DNA of 32,000 nt, taken from the NCBI RefSeq assembly GCF_000016745.1, contig NC_009483.1:3690001-3722000 (forward strand). The letters run 5' to 3'. Position 1 is the stretch's first letter; each line of letters starts with the position of its first letter. A model generated the notes under the pieces. The model ran no database searches. It saw only the letters and a program-made list of their open reading frames with translations, and was not told the DNA's origin. Source of the DNA: Geotalea uraniireducens Rf4 (lineage in GTDB: Bacteria; Desulfobacterota; Desulfuromonadia; Geobacterales; Geobacteraceae). Made by a program: the position numbers and the translations under genes. Below are positions 8,869-15,088 of this stretch, one piece after another.

Positions 8869-10242
8869 ATGAAACTTCACGGATTTGTCACTACATTTAT
8901 GGTAGCTTGCCTTGCCTCTGCCCCGGCGATGGCCAAGGACCATCCGGGCAAGGAAGCAATCGAGAAAAACGGCTACAAGGGGCCGGCTACTTGCGAAGAA
9001 TGCCATCCCGGCACGGCCAAAGGCTTTCTGGACAGCGTCCACTGGAAACATGCATCAAAGGTAAGCAATGTCGAGGGATTAGACCCCAAAAAAGAATACG
9101 GCATGAAAAACCGGATCTATACCATGTGCAACGGTAATGATATCGTCAACAACCTTAAAGAGATCCCGAAGAGCCCGGAAACGGGCAAGACCAAGTTCAC
9201 CGGATGCAACACCTGTCATCCTGGCAACCATCTGAGCGATGTGGGGAGCACCGGCGAAGCCGCGGAAAACGCCATCGATTGCCTGGTCTGCCACTCCACC
9301 GACTATGATTTCAGGAAACGAAAGCCTTACAAGGACGAAAAGGGGCAGATCGTCATGGGCCAGGACAGAAGCACAAAGGCCGCCCTGGCGATCAGCAAGC
9401 CTACGGTTAAAAACTGCATGGTCTGCCATGAAGCTGCCGGCGGGGGCGTGCTCGTCAAAAGAGGGTTTGCCTTCACTGCAGAGACCGATGCCCATGCAGC
9501 CAAGGGAATGGTCTGCGTGGACTGCCACACAGCCAAAAACCACAAAATCCCCACAGGTTATGACCCTAACAACTGGGCAAACGATGGTGTACGTATTTCC
9601 TGCGCCGACACGGCGTGTCATGGCAATAAGCCCCACAAGGATGCTGACCTGAATCGCCATACGGCAAGAATCGCCTGCCAGACCTGCCACATTCCCAGGA
9701 CTGGCGGCGCCTTTGCCAAGGACTTCACCAAGTGGGAACAGAGCCCTGACAAGTTTTATGAGCCGACAACCCTGAAGAAAGAAGCCAATGAAACCGTGCC
9801 GGTCTATGCCTGGTACAATAATACGGTAAAAAACACCCCGACCTTCATCGGCCCGAAAGGGAACAGAAAAGACAAGACCAGCAAGATCTATCCTTTCAAG
9901 ATCTTCCAGGGCAAGGCATTCTTCGACAAAAAGACCGGCAAGCTCATGTCCATGGATTTCGCCCCGCCCATGGCAACCGGCGATACGCTGGCAGGCGTGG
10001 CATCGGCTGCCAAGACCTTGGGGATCAAGAACTATACACCTGTTCCTGGATGGCAAACCATCTATTTCGGCAGCAATCACCTGGTCACCAAGAGCAAGGC
10101 GTTTTCCTGCGCAAACTGCCACGCACCCAACGGAGTTCTTAATTTCAAAGATCTCGGTTATAGCGAAAAGGAAATCCTGCGGCTGACCAGCCCCGCGATT
10201 TATATGGAAAGCATGGTCAAAAAACAGAAAGAAGAGTGGTAA
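8869..10242 (+). CDS. Secreted octahaem c-type cytochrome (7 CXXCH plus 1 CX4CH)
   Basis: A GAGG RBS precedes the start and an N-terminal signal sequence is present. The haem motifs are CEECH (aa 42), CNTCH (113), CLVCH (138), CMVCH (183), CVDCH (216), CADTACH (245-251), CQTCH (270) and CANCH (414). The cleavage type is ambiguous: either a lipobox-like MVAC at Cys14, or AMA/KD cleaved by signal peptidase I. Confidence 0.9.
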   Translation: MKLHGFVTTFMVACLASAPAMAKDHPGKEAIEKNGYKGPATCEECHPGTAKGFLDSVHWKHASKVSNVEGLDPKKEYGMKNRIYTMCNGNDIVNNLKEIPKSPETGKTKFTGCNTCHPGNHLSDVGSTGEAAENAIDCLVCHSTDYDFRKRKPYKDEKGQIVMGQDRSTKAALAISKPTVKNCMVCHEAAGGGVLVKRGFAFTAETDAHAAKGMVCVDCHTAKNHKIPTGYDPNNWANDGVRISCADTACHGNKPHKDADLNRHTARIACQTCHIPRTGGAFAKDFTKWEQSPDKFYEPTTLKKEANETVPVYAWYNNTVKNTPTFIGPKGNRKDKTSKIYPFKIFQGKAFFDKKTGKLMSMDFAPPMATGDTLAGVASAAKTLGIKNYTPVPGWQTIYFGSNHLVTKSKAFSCANCHAPNGVLNFKDLGYSEKEILRLTSPAIYMESMVKKQKEEW

Positions 10243-10298
10243 TAAATCTTCACCGACTTAAAGCACAACCCCACCCCAACCTTCGTTGGATGCAATTC

Positions 10299-10327
10299 GG
10301 GCGGCCAGATCGGCCGCCCATTTTTTA
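10299..10327 (+). terminator. Rho-independent terminator after the octahaem cytochrome gene
   Basis: GGGCGGCC (10299-10306) pairs with GGCCGCCC (10312-10319). The loop is 5 nt and is followed by A and then TTTTTT. Confidence 0.75.
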
Positions 10328-10347
10328 CATTGGAATTTGATTTTCCC

Positions 10348-10377
10348 TTGACAGCAGTTTCCTCCAAGTGGTATAAG
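10348..10377 (+). promoter_or_regulatory. Candidate sigma70 promoter for rpsT
   Basis: TTGACA (10348-10353), an 18-nt spacer ending in an extended -10 TG, then TATAAG (10372-10377). It lies about 50 nt upstream of the rpsT start. Confidence 0.5.
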
Positions 10378-10428
10378 TTTAACTTTCGAAAATTATCCAA
10401 CAATTTTAAAATACATCGGAGGTGTAGT

Positions 10429-10692
10429 TTGGCAAATCATAAATCGGCACTCAAGAGAATCAAGCAGACAGAAAAAAGAACAGAAAGAAACCGACATGTC
10501 CGCTCGACCCTGCGGACTTTCATAAAGCGTGTTCGTGAAGCAGCAGCGGCAAAGGATGCAGCCCTTGCCAAAGAAGCACTGGCAGCAGCTATTCCCGTTA
10601 TCGACACCGCGGCTTCCAAGGGTGTTATCCACTCCTCCAATGCCTCACGCAATATCTCAAGGCTCACCAAACTGGTAAACACTCTGGGCTAG
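10429..10692 (+). CDS. rpsT: 30S ribosomal protein S20
   Basis: [34 protein letters not shown] is a classic S20 N-terminus. The true start is the TTG at 10429, 6 nt after GGAGG (10418-10422). The ORF-track N-terminal extension from 10330 is spurious. Confidence 0.93.
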   Translation: MANHKSALKRIKQTEKRTERNRHVRSTLRTFIKRVREAAAAKDAALAKEALAAAIPVIDTAASKGVIHSSNASRNISRLTKLVNTLG

Positions 10693-10731
10693 TAACGGCT
10701 CGCAGCAACAGTCACCATCTGAAAATTAAAA

Positions 10732-10754
10732 GGGATTCCGTGTCACGGAATCCC
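10732..10754. terminator. Bidirectional terminator between convergent rpsT and holA
   Basis: GGGATTCCG and CGGAATCCC form a 9-bp stem with a TGTCA loop. It is flanked by AAAA on the left and TTTT on the right, so it can terminate transcription from both strands. Confidence 0.7.
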
Positions 10755-10783
10755 TTTTCTTCATCCTTCATCCTTCACTCTTC

Positions 10784-11779
10784 TTACCTCTTGCCGCACA
10801 CTTCCATGGTCAAACGCTCCATGAGGGCAGCAGGTTTCCCCCCACCCGTCTTTAGCGCCAGGTCCAGATCGAATAACCGTTCAAAAACCCCTTTGAGTTC
10901 GGTGGTACGATAATTCCGTGCCTGTTCGATCACTTTTTTCAGGAAATAAGGATTGATACCGGCGGCCTTGCCGATTTCATTGGTGGGAATCTTGCGATCC
11001 AACAACTCCCTCACCCGCCAGAGCTGGCGAAAATGGCGGGACAGCATTGCCAGCACCAGCAGAGGGGCTTCGCCGTCGCGCAGAATGGTATAGAGGGTGC
11101 GCAATGCCTTGCTGAGGTTCTTTTCTCCAAAGGCGTCGGCCAACTCGAAAACAGTGTCGACCTTGGTATCGGATACGATCTCCTTTACATCGCCGACAGT
11201 TATGCTTTCCCGCTTGCCGCTGTATGTTGCAACCTTCTCGATTTGCGACGCCAGTTCCTGGAGATTGTTGCCGACCATGTACGCCAGGAGGTCTGCAGCA
11301 GCAGGTTCGATGCGTTTACCGTACGCCTTTACCTCTTCACGGATAAACGGCCCTAACTGGTTCTCGTAAGGACGCTTGAATTCCACCAGCTCGCCCGTTT
11401 TTTTCATTTCCGTGAAGAATTTTTTACGCTGGTCAATCTTCTCCCCCTGGAAAATCAGGCAGGTTGATGGGGAAGGATTCTGGACATAGCCCGTCAGGAC
11501 TTCGAGGGTTGCTGCGGACAATTCATGACTTTTTTTCACCAGAATAGCGCGCCGCTCGGAAAACATCGGCAAGGTTTGCGCTGCGCTGAATATTTCCTCC
11601 CCCTTGCATTCATTGCCGTAGAACACGTTCAGGTTGAAATCACGGAAATCAGGTGATACCACCTGCTCCAGCAGTCGCTTTACCCCCCTTTCGATCAGGT
11701 AAGGTTCATCGCCATACATATAGTAAAGGGGACCGATGTCCCCTTTTTCCAGAGCCCGTGCAAACTCTTCCGGCTTCAT
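10784..11779 (-). CDS. holA: DNA polymerase III delta subunit
   Basis: The 331-aa ORF starts MKPEEFARALEKGDIGPLYYMYGDEPYLIE, with later segments ...LIFQGEKIDQRKKF... It occupies the conserved leuS-lptE-holA position. Confidence 0.85.
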   Translation of the reverse strand: MKPEEFARALEKGDIGPLYYMYGDEPYLIERGVKRLLEQVVSPDFRDFNLNVFYGNECKGEEIFSAAQTLPMFSERRAILVKKSHELSAATLEVLTGYVQNPSPSTCLIFQGEKIDQRKKFFTEMKKTGELVEFKRPYENQLGPFIREEVKAYGKRIEPAAADLLAYMVGNNLQELASQIEKVATYSGKRESITVGDVKEIVSDTKVDTVFELADAFGEKNLSKALRTLYTILRDGEAPLLVLAMLSRHFRQLWRVRELLDRKIPTNEIGKAAGINPYFLKKVIEQARNYRTTELKGVFERLFDLDLALKTGGGKPAALMERLTMEVCGKR

Positions 11780-11812
11780 AAAATCGTACCCCTAACCCCG
11801 ACGAACGGGATA

Positions 11813-11869
11813 AGTCCCTTCACGAAAAATTCTTCGCAAAAAACATGCAAATAATTTTTCTAAGGGACT
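11813..11869 (-). other. Long interrupted hairpin spanning the lptE stop codon and the lptE-holA spacer
   Basis: AGTCCCTT (11813-11820) pairs with AAGGGACT (11862-11869), and GAAAAATT (11824-11831) pairs with AATTTTTC (11853-11860). That gives 16 bp in total with small bulges and a 21-nt loop. No U-tract follows on either strand. Confidence 0.4.
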
Positions 11870-12407
11870 AAAAGTCTTCCTGTGTCTTCTCGTGAATCTG
11901 TTCCGCCAGCCGACGGCATATCTCCCTGACAGCGGCATCTTCGCTGTTTTGCTGTAAGGCAAGGTTCGAGTTTGCCGGATAGTCCTGACTCCCGGAAAGC
12001 TCCCCCTTCCAGAGAACCTTCCCGCTCTGCCTGTCGGACAAGGTCGCAACGACCTTGATGGTCAAACGGTACTCCCTTATCTTGTCGGCGGCAGTATATG
12101 AAACAGGGGTAACCGCATAGGAAAGAACCGCGCCGCTCAGGACAAGCCGAGCAGCGGCTTCGTCCACGGCCTTCCCCCCGCTGCGCCTGGCAAACTCGTC
12201 GACCAGGTTTGAAGTAAGGACGGTTTCCAGTCCGGGATGGTAACTCTTGTTGGCAAAGACAGGAATATGAACCCCGTCCTTCCCCCCGACAGGCGAACCA
12301 GCCACACTTCCGACATGGTGATAACCGCAACCGTTCAGAGCAATACCGACAATCATCAAAAGCCAGAAGGCAAAAAACCTGTGCAAACCAGTAGTCCCCT
12401 TATTCAT
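11868..12407 (-). CDS. lptE: LPS-assembly lipoprotein LptE (RlpB)
   Basis: The lipoprotein signal contains the lipobox LNGC ([27 protein letters not shown]). The size is about 180 aa. Its start overlaps the leuS stop (TAATG at 12405-12409). The position between leuS and holA is canonical. Confidence 0.8.
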   Translation of the reverse strand: MNKGTTGLHRFFAFWLLMIVGIALNGCGYHHVGSVAGSPVGGKDGVHIPVFANKSYHPGLETVLTSNLVDEFARRSGGKAVDEAAARLVLSGAVLSYAVTPVSYTAADKIREYRLTIKVVATLSDRQSGKVLWKGELSGSQDYPANSNLALQQNSEDAAVREICRRLAEQIHEKTQEDF

Positions 12408-14881
12408 TAACCTACAACGATGTTAACCAGCTTGCCGGGAACATAGACAATCTTCTTTACACTCTTCCCTTCAATAAACGGCTTCACCCGCTCGTCGGCA
12501 AGGGCGGCGCCTTTTACGTCATCTTCCGAAGCGGTAACGGCAACGGTCAGCTTCCCGCGCAGCTTGCCATTAACCTGAACAACGACCAGCAGCTCTTCAT
12601 CAATTGCCGCAGCTGAATCAAATGCCGGCCAGCCTGCCTGCTCCAGGCTTTTATTGTTACCGAGCTGGGCCCACAGCTCTTCGGTGAAATGGGGAACAAA
12701 GGGGGCAAGCAGCATCACTACCGATTCGATTGCCTCCTTGAGCACCGGTGCATTTTGCGGACTGTTTTTCGGCTCAAACGACTGGATGGTATTGACCAGT
12801 TCCATTGTGGCAGCTATGGCCGTGTTGAAGTGGAACCGTTCCTCGATATCTTCCGTCACCTTCCTGATGGTCTTGTGCACCTGGCGGCGCAACCCCTTCC
12901 CTTCGTTGGTCAACCCGGCAGGATCGAGAGCTCCCGCACCGCCGATGATGGGCAGGGTATCGTAGACCAGTTTCCATACACGGTTGAGAAAACGGAAACT
13001 GCCGTCAACCCCCTGATCGCTCCAGTCCAGGTCCTTTTCCGGCGGCGCAGCAAAGAGAGAGAAGAGTCGGGCCGTGTCAGCACCGTATTTATCGATAAGG
13101 GCGTTGGGGTCGACCACATTCCCCTTCGACTTGCTCATCTTCGCCCCATCCTTGATCACCATCCCCTGGGTGAGAAGGTTGGTGAACGGCTCGTCGATGT
13201 CGCAATAGCCCAGATCGCGCAATACCTTGGTGAAGAAGCGCGCATAGAGCAGGTGCATGACCGCATGCTCGATTCCGCCGATATACTGGTCCACCGACAT
13301 CCAGTATTCGGTCTTCTCCTTGTCCAGCGGCCCGGAAACAAAGTCGGGGCAGCAGTAACGGAGGAAATACCATGAGGATTCCACAAAGGTGTCCATGGTG
13401 TCGGTCTCCCTGCGGGCGGCTTCGCCACACTGGGGACAGGTCGTATTGACGAAGGAATCCACCTTATCCAGTGGATTACCCCCCTCACCGGTAAACGTGG
13501 CGTCCATGGGAAGAACCACCGGCAGATCCGTTTCGGGCACGGGCACCGCTCCGCAAAGGTCGCAGTAAATCATGGGAATAGGGTTCCCCCAGTAGCGTTG
13601 CCGTGAAATCCCCCAGTCACGCAGACGGTAATTGACCGTCTTCTTGCCGATGCCCTCCTTCTCCAGATAATCGGCAATCTGCTCTTTGGCCGCGCCGCTT
13701 TTCAGGCCGTCAAACCTGCCGGAGTTGACCATGATCCCTTCAGCAGTGAAAGCTTCCGCCATCGTCTGCGGGTCCAATGCCTCCCCTTCCGGCTGGATCA
13801 CCACACCCATGGGGATATCGTATTTCCGCGCGAACTCGAAATCGCGCTGGTCATGGGTCGGTACCGCCATAACCGCCCCGGTGCCGTAGTCGGTCAGGAC
13901 AAAATTGGCGAGATAGACCGGCATCCGTCGGTTAGTGACCGGATTTATGCAGTACGAACCGGTAAACACCCCTTCCTTTTCAAAGTCTTCTGCAGTGCGC
14001 CGGATACGATCGGTCTTCTTGACCTTCTCGATAAAAGCCGCTACAGTTGCCATGTTTTCAGGGGTAGTCAACTCCAGTGCCATGGGATGTTCCGGCGCCA
14101 GAGACATGAATGTGGCGCCGAACAGGGTATCCTGACGGGTGGTAAAAACCTTTATCTTGTCCATTTGCCCTTCGATGGGGAAATCTATTTCGCAACCGGT
14201 GCTTCGCCCTATCCAGTTGCGCTGCATGGTCAGGACACGCTCCGGCCAACCGGGGAGCTTGTAGGTGTATTCCAGGAGTTCCTCTGCATAGTCGGTTATC
14301 CTGAATGACCACTGCTCAAGTTCCTTCTGATCCACATTACTGTCGCACCGCCAACAGCAGCCGTCTTCAACCTGTTCATTGGCCAGAACAGTTTCACATT
14401 TGGGGCACCAGTTAACGGAAGATATCTTTTTATAGGCAAGACCCTTTTTATACATCTGCAGGAAAATCAACTGCTCCCATTTGTAGTAGTCCACGTCGCA
14501 GGTCGCAAGTTCCCGATCCCAATCATAGGAAAGGCCCATTTTTTTCAATTGGCCCCGCATATAAGCGATGTTTTCATAGGTCCATTTGGCAGGGTGGCTC
14601 TTGTTCTGGATCGCCGCGTTCTCTGCCGGCATGCCGAAGGCATCCCACCCCATGGGATGAAGGACATTAAAGCCTTTCATCCTTTTGAACCGGGCTATCA
14701 CGTCGCCGATCGAGTAGTTGCGCACATGCCCCATGTGAATGCGCCCCGAAGGATAGGGAAACATTTCCAGAAGATAATACTTTTCCCTCGTCTTATCCTC
14801 GGTTGCCCTGAAGCTCTTATTGGCTTCCCAGAATTTCTGCCATTTCTCCTCAACCCTGCTCGGGAGATACTTTTCTTCCAC
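12407..14881 (-). CDS. leuS: Leucyl-tRNA synthetase
   Basis: The 824-aa ORF has the class-I HIGH-type motif [11 protein letters not shown], the KMSKS motif AKMSKSKGN, and a CP1 editing insert. The start codon is GTG at 14881, 5 nt after GGAGG. Confidence 0.97.
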   Translation of the reverse strand: MEEKYLPSRVEEKWQKFWEANKSFRATEDKTREKYYLLEMFPYPSGRIHMGHVRNYSIGDVIARFKRMKGFNVLHPMGWDAFGMPAENAAIQNKSHPAKWTYENIAYMRGQLKKMGLSYDWDRELATCDVDYYKWEQLIFLQMYKKGLAYKKISSVNWCPKCETVLANEQVEDGCCWRCDSNVDQKELEQWSFRITDYAEELLEYTYKLPGWPERVLTMQRNWIGRSTGCEIDFPIEGQMDKIKVFTTRQDTLFGATFMSLAPEHPMALELTTPENMATVAAFIEKVKKTDRIRRTAEDFEKEGVFTGSYCINPVTNRRMPVYLANFVLTDYGTGAVMAVPTHDQRDFEFARKYDIPMGVVIQPEGEALDPQTMAEAFTAEGIMVNSGRFDGLKSGAAKEQIADYLEKEGIGKKTVNYRLRDWGISRQRYWGNPIPMIYCDLCGAVPVPETDLPVVLPMDATFTGEGGNPLDKVDSFVNTTCPQCGEAARRETDTMDTFVESSWYFLRYCCPDFVSGPLDKEKTEYWMSVDQYIGGIEHAVMHLLYARFFTKVLRDLGYCDIDEPFTNLLTQGMVIKDGAKMSKSKGNVVDPNALIDKYGADTARLFSLFAAPPEKDLDWSDQGVDGSFRFLNRVWKLVYDTLPIIGGAGALDPAGLTNEGKGLRRQVHKTIRKVTEDIEERFHFNTAIAATMELVNTIQSFEPKNSPQNAPVLKEAIESVVMLLAPFVPHFTEELWAQLGNNKSLEQAGWPAFDSAAAIDEELLVVVQVNGKLRGKLTVAVTASEDDVKGAALADERVKPFIEGKSVKKIVYVPGKLVNIVVG

Positions 14882-14921
14882 ATCAACCTCCTGGCCCGGT
14901 CATGCCGGGGCAATAGAACTG

Positions 14922-14948
14922 AAAAAAAGCATTTCAGCACGGAAACGC
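14922..14948 (-). terminator. Intrinsic terminator-like hairpin between the 27-haem cytochrome gene and leuS
   Basis: The minus-strand RNA reads GCGUUUC-CGUGCU-GAAAUGC followed by U7. The stem is 7 bp including one G-U. It sits 140 nt downstream of the cytochrome stop and only 41 nt upstream of the leuS start. Confidence 0.5.
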
Positions 14949-15088
14949 AGCAAACACGGTGAAAATCACAGGGTCAGGCTTATATGCTTCGATAGCGAGC
15001 GGCATTGCCTGAATCCACCGACATCCTGATTTTTCTTTGCGTTCTTTGCGGCTTTGCGTGAGTAAATGCTTTCCACTATGATACGTAA

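Noticed and set aside
9079-10122. Minus-strand ORF 9079-10122 (347 aa) and other ORFs overlapping the octahaem cytochrome gene
   Set aside because: They are antisense to a frame carrying eight haem-binding motifs and a signal peptide, and they have no features of their own.
10757-10785. Heptamer tandem TTCATCC TTCATCC TTCACTC at the holA 3' end
   Set aside because: It has only about three units, sits between the terminator and the holA stop, and has no evident function. It is most likely chance or slippage.
11792-12330. Minus-strand ORFs 11860-12330 and 11792-12049, overlapping lptE in other frames
   Set aside because: Their translations are Arg, Gly and Cys-rich nonsense. The lptE frame has a lipobox signal peptide and is coupled to the leuS stop.
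15008-15022. The minus-strand sequence GUCGGUGGAUUCAGG has a faint resemblance to the T-box GGGUGGUACCGCG upstream of an aminoacyl-tRNA synthetase gene
   Set aside because: Only the GGUGG core matches. It is about 75 nt from the terminator instead of forming its antiterminator. I found no specifier-loop, AG-box or kink-turn features, and the leader is short for a T-box.
15050-15060. The minus-strand sequence CACGCAAAGCC resembles the conserved ACGCAAAGC core of GEMM-I cyclic-dinucleotide riboswitches, which are common near Geobacter cytochrome genes
   Set aside because: The flanks lack the GGCAAACC / GNRA-hairpin P1 element and a P2 helix that could pair around the motif. The element also lies downstream of the cytochrome gene rather than in its 5' UTR. 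An Infernal scan with RF01051 would settle it.
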